A program made the position numbers and the translations under genes. The notes beneath the pieces are model-generated. The model saw nothing but the letters and a program-made list of their open reading frames with translations. It was not told the DNA's origin and did no database searches. From an uncultured Chloroflexia bacterium (lineage in GTDB: Bacteria; Chloroflexota; Limnocylindria; Limnocylindrales; CSP1-4), in the NCBI GenBank assembly GCA_963749705.1, contig CAVVNQ010000003.1:224001-288000 (forward strand): a stretch of DNA of 64,000 bases, written 5' to 3'. Positions 16,157-25,124 of the stretch are shown one piece after another; the stretch's first letter is position 1; each line of letters begins with the position of its first letter.

Positions 16157-16998
16157 GCGGGGGATCCAGCCAGGACGGAACCGCCCTGGCTCGCGAGCGG
16201 CGCCGGGCTCGCGGTGCTCCTTGCCCACGAGGCGCCGACGCGGCGCGCCCGAAGCTCGCGTGCCAACGATGCGTAGGCCTCGGCGCCCTTCGAGTCGGGT
16301 CGGTACAGCGCAATCGGCCGCCCGTGGCTCGGAGCCTCGGAAAGCCGCACGCTCCGGGGCACGATGGTGTCGAACACCGCTTCGTGGAGGTGGCGACGAA
16401 CCTCGGCAGCGACCTCGCCCGAAAGGTTGGTCCGGGAGTCGTACATCGTCAGGACGACGCCGGAGATCGCGAGGTCCGGGTTCAGGTGATCCCGCACGAG
16501 ATTGACCGTTGCGATGAGCTGCGACAGGCCTTCCAGGGCGTAGTACTCGCACTGGATGGGGATCAAAACGGCATCCGATCCGGTAAGCGCGTTGACCGTG
16601 AGCAACCCGAGCGAGGGCGGGCAATCGACGAGGATCCAGTCCCAGGCGTCGCGTTCCGCCTTGACGGCGCGGCCGAGCCGCCGTTCGCGGGCCTCGGCCG
16701 TCGCCAGCTCGACCTCGGCGCCTGCGAGCGCGATCGAGGACGGCACGAGGCGCAGGCCCTCGACGGCGGTTGCCACGTGGAGTGACGACAGGGGCGCCCC
16801 ATCGACCAGGGCGTCGTAGGTGGACCCGGCAACGGTCGATCGGTCGATACCGAACCCGCTTGTCGCGTTGCCCTGGGGATCGAGGTCAATGATGAGGACG
16901 CTGTCACCGAGGAGTGCCAGATAGGTTGCCAGATTGACCACCGTGGTGGTCTTCCCGACGCCGCCCTTCTGATTCGTGCAGGCGATCGTCTGGCCCAC
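16153..16998 (-). CDS. parA: ParA/Soj ATPase
   Basis: NQKGGVGKTTT, DLDPQGNAT, DCPPSLG, PIQCEYYALEG, LSEAPSHG; GGGAGG RBS. Confidence 0.96.
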
Positions 16999-17167
16999 TC
17001 AACCTCCCATCCCAGTCGTGTGCATCAAAGGAAATTCTAGCATCGCGCGCCTCGAAATCCCCACATCGGGCGTCCCGTGGCCGGATCGTGGACGATCGGC
17101 CTCAACGCGCGCTTATCCGCGCCTCTCCGCGGGGTTGATCGGCCGGCACCGCACGTCGGGACATGGT

Positions 17168-17183
17168 TGTTTCACGTGGAACA
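17168..17183. other. parS centromere-like site 1
   Basis: TGTTTCACGTGGAACA, 1 mismatch to consensus TGTTTCACGTGAAACA; about 170 nt from parA start. Confidence 0.92.
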
Positions 17184-17304
17184 TGTCGGCGCCGTGGGGG
17201 CATCACGCTTCGGGAGTTAGGGCGGACGGTGGCGAGCCATCGATCGCCACCACACACATCGGGCTACCCCGTTCAGGCCAGGCCCCAGGTGGTCGGGTGG
17301 TCCG

Positions 17305-17320
17305 TGTTTCACGTGAAACG
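17305..17320. other. parS centromere-like site 2
   Basis: TGTTTCACGTGAAACG, 1 mismatch to consensus. Confidence 0.92.
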
Positions 17321-17468
17321 CCAAACGCACGATCGATCGGCCGATCACCCGATTGCCCGATCCGGAGACCCGTGGGATACTGCCTCCGAGGTTGCTGTCA
17401 CCCCGTCGTCGCGGACGCCATCCGCCTGCGCCCGACCGTCGGCTCGTCAGCCGAGGATCGAAGGCACC

Positions 17469-17969
17469 ATGCAACAGACCATCGCCGCGGCGGTTGCCGT
17501 GGTGGCTGCGCTTGCGGAATTCACGGTTGTGCCGTATTTGAAGATCGGCGAGGCCGCACTCCACCCCGTCCTCGTCTTCGGCGTCGTCTGGGCGATCGCC
17601 GGCGGGTTCGAAGCCGGCCTTGCGTGGGCGTTCATCGGCGGGATCGCGCTCGACATCCTCGGCCAGCGACCGCTGGGCGCGTCGGCGTTCTCGCTCCTGG
17701 TTGCTATTGGGATCGCGTCAATCATCGGAGGCTCCATGGGCCGCATTCGCATTGCAGCCCCGATTGTCGCCGCCATCGTCGCCAGCGTCGTCTACTCGAT
17801 GCTGCTCCTGGCTTCGACCACTGCCCTCACGACCGCGCCGCTGACGGGTGCGTCGCTATCGGCTGTCGTCCCCTCAGCGTTGTACGACATGGTCCTCGCG
17901 GCACTCGTGGGGCCGCTGGTCATTGCCATCGTCGCGCGCCGCCACGAAACCGAGCGAGCTGACTGGTGA
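17469..17969 (+). CDS. mreD: Rod shape-determining protein MreD
   Basis: Hydrophobic 166 aa with GLAWAFIGGIALDIL...PLG; stop overlaps mrdA start. Confidence 0.8.
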   Translation: MQQTIAAAVAVVAALAEFTVVPYLKIGEAALHPVLVFGVVWAIAGGFEAGLAWAFIGGIALDILGQRPLGASAFSLLVAIGIASIIGGSMGRIRIAAPIVAAIVASVVYSMLLLASTTALTTAPLTGASLSAVVPSALYDMVLAALVGPLVIAIVARRHETERADW

Positions 17970-19867
17970 TCGACGATTATCTCGGACCCCGACCGCAGCG
18001 CGACCGTCGTCCGCTTCGATTCCTGACGTTCGGCCTCCTGGCCGTCCTCATCTTCGGCCTGCTCACGACCCGCCTGGCGTACCTCCAGATCTCCAGCGGC
18101 ACGACCGCACCCGCGCAGGCGGTGACAAATCGGACGATCGAGGTCGCCGTCCCGGCGCCCCGCGGCCTGATCTACGACAGCCAGGGGCGGCTGCTGGTCA
18201 ACAACGTCGCGTCGTACTCGATCAAGATCACGCCAGCCGAGCTGCCGAACAGCGATCGGGAGGACGTGGCACACCAGCTCGCCGGCCTCCTCGGAATGGA
18301 CGCCTCCGACATCCTGGCAACGCTCGACTCGTCGCCGGGTTCGCGCTTCGACGCCGTTCGGGTGGCTCAGGACGTGCCTGAGGCGACCGCCCACCTCGTC
18401 TCCGAATCCTCGGACCAGCTGCCCGGCGTCGAGGTCGTGGTCGAGACGCGTCGGGAGTATCTCGACGGTCCGCTCATGGCCCAGATCCTCGGGTATACGG
18501 GGGCGATCGACGGCGCCTCGCTCGCAAGGCTCGGTCCGGAGGGGTACCAGCCGGACGACCTCATCGGCAAGGCTGGCCTGGAGGCGACCTTCGAATTGAC
18601 CCTTCGCGGCACATACGGGATCAATCTCGTCGCCCGCGACGCCACGGGTCGGCAGACGCAGGTGCTCCAGACCGTGCAGGATCCCGTGCCCGGCGCGTCC
18701 CTGACGCTCACGATCGACACGACCGTTCAGGCGGATGCCGAAAAGGCCCTCAAGTGGGGCATGAAGGTGGCCGGGTTGCAGCGGGGCGTGTTCATCGCCC
18801 TCAACCCGCAGACCGGCGAGGTGCTGGCCCTGGTCAGCCTTCCGACGTACGACGACAACCTGTTCGCGAAGGGCATCTCGACGCAGGAGCTCCAATCGCT
18901 CATCAACAACGTCAACAAGCCGCTCACGAACCATGCCGTCCAGGCCCACTATCCGCCCGGATCGACATTCAAGCTCGTCACCGGCACCGGAGGTCTGCAG
19001 GACGGGAAGATCACGCCGACGTCCAGGATCCGGACCCGGGGGTACCTGACCCTCGGGTCGACGCGCTTCTATGACTGGAACCACCGCGGGTTCGGCCTTT
19101 GCAACATCAACTGCGGCTTCGGGCACTCGTCGGACACGTTCTTCTACCAGGTGGCCGGGATGCTCGGCGCGGACCGCCTCGCATACTGGGCCCGGGAGTT
19201 CGGCTTTGGCACCCCGACCGGCATCGATCTGCCCGGTGAGGTGGCGGGGATCATCCCGTCGAACCAGTGGAAGATGAGCGCCCTCGGGCAGCCGATGTTC
19301 CAGGGCGAGGTCTACCAGGCGGGGATCGGCCAGGGCTATGACGTCGTCACCCCGATCCAGCTCGTCAACGCGTACGCAGCGCTCGCGAACGGCGGCAAGC
19401 TCTACCGACCGCAGCTGGTGAAGGAGGTCGTGGGCGTCGACGGCTCGGTGATCAAGGCCTTCCAGCCGGACCTGATCCACAAGCTGGACGTGTCGCAGGC
19501 GACGCTCAAGACCATGCGTCTGGCCGCGCGATCGGTGGTCACCCTCCGGCACACGTACAACCTCGTCGACATGCCCATCGCGGTGGCCGGCAAGTCGGGA
19601 ACGGCGGAGTTCGGGACGCGCGACAAGAAGGGACGCCTGCCTTATCACTCCTGGTTCGTCGGGTTCGTGCCCAAGAACCCGTACAAGGCCGACTTCTCCA
19701 AGCCGGACTCCGAGCTCGTGTTCCTGGCGTTCGCCTACGACTCGCGAACCAAGGGCAACGCGGCGACCGAGATCGCGAAGGCATTCCTGCAGTACCACTT
19801 CCAGATCAAGCACAACTACCTCCTGCCGAACCTCCTGCGGCGCGACAACTTCTACGGCAGCAACTGA
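17966..19867 (+). CDS. mrdA: Penicillin-binding protein 2
   Basis: PAPRGLIYD, GKAGLE, YPPGSTFK (SxxK), SSD, AGKSGTAE. Confidence 0.93.
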   Translation: MIDDYLGPRPQRDRRPLRFLTFGLLAVLIFGLLTTRLAYLQISSGTTAPAQAVTNRTIEVAVPAPRGLIYDSQGRLLVNNVASYSIKITPAELPNSDREDVAHQLAGLLGMDASDILATLDSSPGSRFDAVRVAQDVPEATAHLVSESSDQLPGVEVVVETRREYLDGPLMAQILGYTGAIDGASLARLGPEGYQPDDLIGKAGLEATFELTLRGTYGINLVARDATGRQTQVLQTVQDPVPGASLTLTIDTTVQADAEKALKWGMKVAGLQRGVFIALNPQTGEVLALVSLPTYDDNLFAKGISTQELQSLINNVNKPLTNHAVQAHYPPGSTFKLVTGTGGLQDGKITPTSRIRTRGYLTLGSTRFYDWNHRGFGLCNINCGFGHSSDTFFYQVAGMLGADRLAYWAREFGFGTPTGIDLPGEVAGIIPSNQWKMSALGQPMFQGEVYQAGIGQGYDVVTPIQLVNAYAALANGGKLYRPQLVKEVVGVDGSVIKAFQPDLIHKLDVSQATLKTMRLAARSVVTLRHTYNLVDMPIAVAGKSGTAEFGTRDKKGRLPYHSWFVGFVPKNPYKADFSKPDSELVFLAFAYDSRTKGNAATEIAKAFLQYHFQIKHNYLLPNLLRRDNFYGSN

Positions 19868-19877
19868 GGATGTCGCG

Positions 19878-21038
19878 ATGCGCGTGATGCGGGCGGAGCC
19901 CAGCCGCTTTGCCGATATGACCGCCCGGTCGGTCGGTGCGGCGTGGCGCGCCTACGATCTCCAGCTCACGACGTATGCGGCGCTGCTCGGCGCTGTCGGC
20001 CTGGTCATGGCCTACACCAACAGCGTGGAGTCCGGAAAGTCGGTCCTCGACAGCGGGAGCGTGTTCCCCAGGGCGCTCATGTGGTCGGGTCTGGCCATGG
20101 TCGTGTTCGTGGTCGCGACGCTGTTCGACTACCGCTGGCTCAAGACGCTCAGGTGGCCGATCTACGGCGCCAACGTGGGCCTGCTGGTGGTGACCTGGCT
20201 CGTCGGCGACGGCGTGGGTGGCTCTGCTCGTTGGGTCTCGGTGGGACCGCTGCAGTTCCAGTTCTCGGAGCTCGCCAAGATCCTGATGATCGCCGTGCTC
20301 GCCGGGTACCTCGGTGCCCGCGAGAGCCGCCTGGACTCGCTGGCGTCGATCGTCGGCGCCGGGCTGCTGATGGGCCCGCCCGTGATCCTGGTCATGGTCC
20401 AGCCCGATCTCGGCACCTCGCTGGTGCTCGCGGCGATCCTGGCCGGGATGCTGTTCATGTCCGGCGCCAGCCTCAAGTGGCTGCTCGTCATCGCAGCCGG
20501 AGTGATCGCCGCGGTCCCCATCGCCTGGACCTACGTGCTCCGCGACTACCAGCAGAACCGCATCCTGTCATTCATCAATCCGACCACCGACGCCCAGGGA
20601 GCGAACTTTCAGGTCGCACAGTCGCAGATCGCGGTCAGCTCCGGCGGCCTGTTCGGCACCGGCCTGACCAACGGAACGCAGCTCCGAGGCCAGTTCCTGC
20701 CCGTCCAGGAGAGCGACTTCGTGTTCGCGGTCCTGGCCCAGGAGCTGGGGTTCATCGGCGCGATCGTCGTCTTCCTCCTGTTCGCGGCGTTGATCTGGCG
20801 GGTCCTGGCCAGCGCCTGGAAGTCGCGTGACCCGTTCGGGACGCTGTTCGGGGCGGGCCTGGCCACGATGATCCTGTTCCAGGTGTTCGTGAACGTCGGG
20901 ATGGTGATCGGCATCCTGCCCGTGACGGGCATCCCGCTGCCGTTCATCACCCACGGCGGGGCCTCCCTGGTCAGCATCGCGATCGGGCTGGGCATCATGC
21001 AGAGCGTCAACATCCGGCAGCACCGCGCCGAGTGGTGA
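19878..21038 (+). CDS. rodA: SEDS peptidoglycan glycosyltransferase RodA
   Basis: GSARW, SELAK, QPDLGT, SDFVF, PVTGIPLPFITHGG; follows mrdA. Confidence 0.93.
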   Translation: MRVMRAEPSRFADMTARSVGAAWRAYDLQLTTYAALLGAVGLVMAYTNSVESGKSVLDSGSVFPRALMWSGLAMVVFVVATLFDYRWLKTLRWPIYGANVGLLVVTWLVGDGVGGSARWVSVGPLQFQFSELAKILMIAVLAGYLGARESRLDSLASIVGAGLLMGPPVILVMVQPDLGTSLVLAAILAGMLFMSGASLKWLLVIAAGVIAAVPIAWTYVLRDYQQNRILSFINPTTDAQGANFQVAQSQIAVSSGGLFGTGLTNGTQLRGQFLPVQESDFVFAVLAQELGFIGAIVVFLLFAALIWRVLASAWKSRDPFGTLFGAGLATMILFQVFVNVGMVIGILPVTGIPLPFITHGGASLVSIAIGLGIMQSVNIRQHRAEW

Positions 21039-21184
21039 ACGGGCGGGGTGGCGCGCCCCCTACACTTGACCGGTGATCACCCCGGTACCCGAACGACCGC
21101 AGACATCGCGATGACCGATCCACTCGTGGCGTTGCCGGCAGCAGGTCGGCGGCGAACAGCCAGGGCAGCCACCCGGAGGGACCG

Positions 21185-21733
21185 ATGAGCGATCGTGTTC
21201 GGCTCGCGCGGCGGACGCCCGTCGCGGCGTGCCAGGACCTGCTCAACATCGAGCCGCTGCTCGTCCCCCCGGAGGCCGACCTCCTGGAGGCGATGCGGGA
21301 GTCGGCCCGCCAACCGTCGACTCGGCTCATCGGCATCGCCGAGCCGGGTGGGCGGGTGCTCGGGATCCTCCCGGTTGGCGTGCTCGCCGAGGCGGTGGTC
21401 GCCCACGCGGTGCCGGAGGCGTTCTTCGCCGACCTGCCGGGCGTCGACAAGGTCGGCGACTTCGGGCACGCGATGGAAGCACGCACCGTGTCCGAGATCA
21501 TGCTTCCCGCCGTGACGATCGGCCCCTCGGCGACGATCACCGAGGCATTCCGGCTGATGCACCAGCACCAGCTCTCCGGGCTCTACGTTGTCGACGAGGC
21601 AGGGCGCTGTACCGGCTACCTCGATCTCCAGGAGCTGGCGATGCGGTACGTCGAGGCGCTCGACGACCCGCTCGACATCCTGGGGCCGAGGAGCGCGAGC
21701 GCCGGGGAGTCCACACCGACACCGGAGCGCTGA
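21185..21733 (+). CDS. CBS domain protein
   Basis: TVSEIM...ATITEAFRLMHQHQLSGLYVVDEAGRCTGYL; GGAGGG RBS. Confidence 0.8.
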   Translation: MSDRVRLARRTPVAACQDLLNIEPLLVPPEADLLEAMRESARQPSTRLIGIAEPGGRVLGILPVGVLAEAVVAHAVPEAFFADLPGVDKVGDFGHAMEARTVSEIMLPAVTIGPSATITEAFRLMHQHQLSGLYVVDEAGRCTGYLDLQELAMRYVEALDDPLDILGPRSASAGESTPTPER

Positions 21734-22998
21734 TGGACGTCTGGATCGCGGCGATCCTGTTCGTCGTCACGTATGCCGCGATCGCGACGGATCGCCTCGA
21801 CAAGACCGTCGCTGCGCTGCTGGGCGGCCTGCTGATGGTGGCCCTGGGCGTGGTCAGCCAGGAGCAGGCATTCGCCGCGATCGACCTCAACGTGATCTTC
21901 CTGCTCGCGGGCATGATGGCCCTCGCCAACGTCCTCGGCCGGACCGGGTTCTTCGCCCTCGTGGGCATCAAGGCGACGAAGCTCGCGGGCGGCCGCCCGT
22001 ACGTGCTGATGGCCATCCTGGCCCTGATCACCGCGGTCCTGTCCGCGTTCCTCGACAACGTGACCACGGTCGTGCTCCTGGCGCCGGTCACGCTCTATGT
22101 CGCGTCGGTGCTCCAGGTGTCGCCGATCCCGTTCCTGATCACGCTCATCTTCTCGTCCAACGTGGGCGGGACGGCGACCCTCATCGGCGATCCGCCGAAC
22201 ATCCTGATCGGCTCGGCGGGAGGGCTCGACTTCGGCTCGTTCCTGCTCAACCTGACGCCGATCGTGATCATCGTGTTCGCCGCCCTGCTGGTGGTCATGC
22301 GGGTCCTGTTCCGCGGCGATCTCGCGGTCAACGAGCGGGTGCGCGAAGCCGTGATGAGCCTGGACGAGTCGGAGGTCATCACCGACGGCCGGACGATGCG
22401 GGTGGCGCTGGTCGTCATCACCGGGACGATGCTCGGGTTCCTCGTGCACAGCGCGCTGGGGCTCGAGGCGGCGACGATCGCGCTGCTGGGCGCGACCGTG
22501 CTCCTGCTGGTCGGGCGGATCGAGCCGGGTCCCGTCCTGCGCGAGATCGAATGGCCGACGCTGTTCTTCTTCGTCGGCCTGTTCATGCTCGTCTCGGGCG
22601 TCGTCCAGGTGGGGATCATCGACGGGGCTGCCCGCACCATGCTCGAGGTGACCAGGGGAGATCCGACGGTCACCGTGATCAGCCTGCTGTGGCTCAGCGG
22701 GTTCGCCTCGGGGGTCGTGGACAACATCCCGTATACGGCGACGATGCTGCCGCTCGTGCAGAACATCGGCCAGCACGGGATCCCGCTGGAGCCAAGCTGG
22801 TGGGCCCTTGCGCTGGGCGCCGACTTCGGCGGCAACGCGACGCTGGTGGGGGCGTCGGCCAACGTCGTCGTGGCCAGCCTCGCCGCACGCGCCGGCCATC
22901 CGATCCGGTTCGCGACCTTCCTGCGCTACGGCGTCACCGTGACCCTGATGTCGCTGCTGCTGGCCACGGGGTACCTGTGGCTGCGCTACCTCCGTTGA
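21733..22998 (+). CDS. ArsB/NhaD (IT superfamily) transporter
   Basis: SAFLDNVTT, SNVGGTATLIGDPPNILIG, VDNIP, LGADFGGNATLVGASAN; TGATG coupling to CBS gene. Confidence 0.88.
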   Translation: MDVWIAAILFVVTYAAIATDRLDKTVAALLGGLLMVALGVVSQEQAFAAIDLNVIFLLAGMMALANVLGRTGFFALVGIKATKLAGGRPYVLMAILALITAVLSAFLDNVTTVVLLAPVTLYVASVLQVSPIPFLITLIFSSNVGGTATLIGDPPNILIGSAGGLDFGSFLLNLTPIVIIVFAALLVVMRVLFRGDLAVNERVREAVMSLDESEVITDGRTMRVALVVITGTMLGFLVHSALGLEAATIALLGATVLLLVGRIEPGPVLREIEWPTLFFFVGLFMLVSGVVQVGIIDGAARTMLEVTRGDPTVTVISLLWLSGFASGVVDNIPYTATMLPLVQNIGQHGIPLEPSWWALALGADFGGNATLVGASANVVVASLAARAGHPIRFATFLRYGVTVTLMSLLLATGYLWLRYLR

Positions 22999-24332
22999 TG
23001 CTTCATCGACGTCGCAACCGATTCCATGCCCTGCCGCTGGCCCTCCTGGCCGGCGCCCTGATCGCCGGCGCGTTCGCGCTGCCCGTCGCGGCGACCTCCG
23101 TCGCCCGGTCCGGGCCTGCGCCGATCCTGTCCGTCGGCGGGAGCGAAGACACCCAGGGGATCCTGCTTGGCCTGTTCATCCTGCTCGCCGGCGCGAAGCT
23201 GGGCGAGGAGGTGCTGCGCCGCCTCGGACAGCCCGGGGTCGTGGGGGAGCTGCTCGGCGGCCTGATCGTCGGGCCGTTCGGGCTGGGGCTTGTCACACCC
23301 GGGGATACGGCGACCGCGTTCGCCGAGCTCGGGGTCGTCGTGCTCCTGTTCTCAGTCGGGCTCGAGGTTCGCACGGACGACCTGTTCAAGGTCGGCCGGC
23401 CGGCGGTGATGACCGCGCTGATCGCGATGGTGCTCCCGATCCTGGCCGGCTTCGCACTGGCGGCGGCGCTCGGCTCACCTCCGAGTGCTGCGCTGTTCGT
23501 GGGTCTCGCGCTCGCAGCGACGAGCATCGGGATCACCAGCCGAGTGCTCAAGGACCTCGGCGTCCTCGACCGCACCTTCGCGCGCATCGTCATCGGGGCG
23601 GCGCTCGTCGACGACATCCTCGCGCTGATCCTCATCGGGCTGGGAGTCGGCCTCGCCGAGGGCAATCTCTCGGTCGATGCGCTCGTCGTGGGCGTTGCCG
23701 GGATCGGGCTGGTGCTGCTCGGCTTCCTCGCGGCCCGGCGCGCCCGCGGATTGCCGGCCTCGGTGTTCACCTGGCCGCACTTCGCTGACACGCCGCTTGT
23801 GCCCGCGTTCCTGATGATGCTGGTCGCGGCGCTGCTCGCGACGGCGATCGGGCTGGCCGCGATCATCGGCGCGTTCGTGGCCGGGTTGATCGTTGCCGAG
23901 ACGGAGGCGCAGGAGGAGGTCGAACGGGACATCAAGCCGCTCGCCGCCGTGTTCACGCCGTTCTTCTTCGCGGTGACCGGCGCCCAGCTGGACCTGTCGG
24001 TCCTCCAGGATCCCGCGATCGCGGCGCTCGCGCTGGCACTGGCGTTGATCGGCGTCCTGACCAAGGCGCTGGGCGGCGTCATCGGGGCTCGTTCGATCGG
24101 TCGCTGGGGCTCGATCGCGGTCGGGTTCGGCATGGTTCCCCGGGGCGAGGTGGGCATCGTCGTCGCCAACCTGGCCCTGCTGACCGGCGTGGTGGATGCG
24201 TCGCTGTTCGCTGCGATCCTGGTCGCGGTCGTGCTCACGACCGTGGTCGCGCCATACCTGCTCGCGTATGCCGTGCCACGCGCCGAGGCGGAGGCGCTCG
24301 ACGCGATGGGTCCTGCGACCCCCGGGCCCTGA
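22998..24332 (+). CDS. Cation:proton antiporter (CPA2/NapA-like) with signal-peptide-like N-terminus
   Basis: PGVVGELLGG, LLFSVGLE, ATSIGIT, AALVDD, GAFVAG, GMVPRGEVG; TGATG coupling. Confidence 0.88.
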   Translation: MLHRRRNRFHALPLALLAGALIAGAFALPVAATSVARSGPAPILSVGGSEDTQGILLGLFILLAGAKLGEEVLRRLGQPGVVGELLGGLIVGPFGLGLVTPGDTATAFAELGVVVLLFSVGLEVRTDDLFKVGRPAVMTALIAMVLPILAGFALAAALGSPPSAALFVGLALAATSIGITSRVLKDLGVLDRTFARIVIGAALVDDILALILIGLGVGLAEGNLSVDALVVGVAGIGLVLLGFLAARRARGLPASVFTWPHFADTPLVPAFLMMLVAALLATAIGLAAIIGAFVAGLIVAETEAQEEVERDIKPLAAVFTPFFFAVTGAQLDLSVLQDPAIAALALALALIGVLTKALGGVIGARSIGRWGSIAVGFGMVPRGEVGIVVANLALLTGVVDASLFAAILVAVVLTTVVAPYLLAYAVPRAEAEALDAMGPATPGP

Positions 24333-24335
24333 GCC

Positions 24336-25124
24336 TCAGCGGCGCCGGAACAGGCCTCGCTTGCCGGTCCGTTCGGCCGGCGCGCTCCGTCGCCGTCCCG
24401 CCGCGCGCAGCAGCGCGTCAAGCTCGTGCTGGTACATCCGTCCGATCGGGACGCGGTCGAGCCACTCGAGGTACTCGAGGTCCCGGCGTGCCACCTCTCC
24501 CAGCGACCAGCCCGCGTAGCGACCGAAGTTGAGCACGCTCCCCGACGGGTTGCCCGGCGGAGGACCGGCGGCACCCTCGCCCTGCGCGTTGCCCATGGTC
24601 GCCGGGTCGTACCCGCTCCCGGTGGTCGACCTGCCGCTGGTCCAGTCCCTGGACACCGTGTCGTGGGCCGGGGCGTCGGCCTCACCCTCGGACGGATCGC
24701 GCATGCCCGCGAACGGCCACGGCCGGGCGGGTTCCGACGATGAGCCCTGTTGCCGGGACGGTGGTGGCTGCGGATTGGTGCGTGGGGCGGCAGCCTCCGA
24801 GCGGGCGGTGGCGCCGGGCTGGCGCGCCGAGGCGCCGCCTGCGGTGTCCGCCCGAGAGCCGGCGTTCGCTCGGGTATCGGCGCTGGCGGCCCTGGCCGCA
24901 GCCCCCGCGCTGCGGATGCGCGCGCGATCCACCGCGGCCCTGCTGGTCGGATCCCGGAGCAGCTCCCACGCTCCATTGATCTGCACCATCCGCGCCTGTG
25001 CATCCGGGCCGGGTGCAACGTCCGGGTGGTACTTGCGCGCAAGCCTGCGATAGGCGGCCTCGATCACCTCCGGCTCGGCCTCGGGATCCACCTGGAGGGT
25101 CTTGTACGGGTCCGGGACGCTCAT
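24336..25124 (-). CDS. J-domain protein with C-terminal FGRY/DUF3820-like domain
   Basis: DPYKTLQV...AYRRLARKYHPD; C-terminal LNFGRYAGWSLGEVARRDLEYLEWL. Confidence 0.8.
   Translation of the reverse strand: MSVPDPYKTLQVDPEAEPEVIEAAYRRLARKYHPDVAPGPDAQARMVQINGAWELLRDPTSRAAVDRARIRSAGAAARAASADTRANAGSRADTAGGASARQPGATARSEAAAPRTNPQPPPSRQQGSSSEPARPWPFAGMRDPSEGEADAPAHDTVSRDWTSGRSTTGSGYDPATMGNAQGEGAAGPPPGNPSGSVLNFGRYAGWSLGEVARRDLEYLEWLDRVPIGRMYQHELDALLRAAGRRRSAPAERTGKRGLFRRR

Noticed and set aside
17020-17125. Definite oriC call from the AT-rich patch and DnaA-box-like words
   Set aside because: The AT patch is explained by the parA extended -10 (TGcTAGAAT, 17039-17034); boxes have 2 or more mismatches; kept only as a hypothesis
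21073-21188. Chain of two short ORFs (13 and 25 aa) with ATGA overlaps before the CBS gene; possible Na+/Li+/c-di-AMP riboswitch
   Set aside because: Any ATGA start creates such an overlap and the CBS gene has its own SD; I could not match a riboswitch consensus (needs cmscan)
21229-24332. Apparent long N-terminal fusions in the ORF track (589 aa, 914 aa; likewise 15290-16624, 29507-32104, 54010-56160, 55146-57101)
   Set aside because: Extensions overlap neighbouring real genes and are R/P/G-rich noise; true starts lie at overlap or RBS positions
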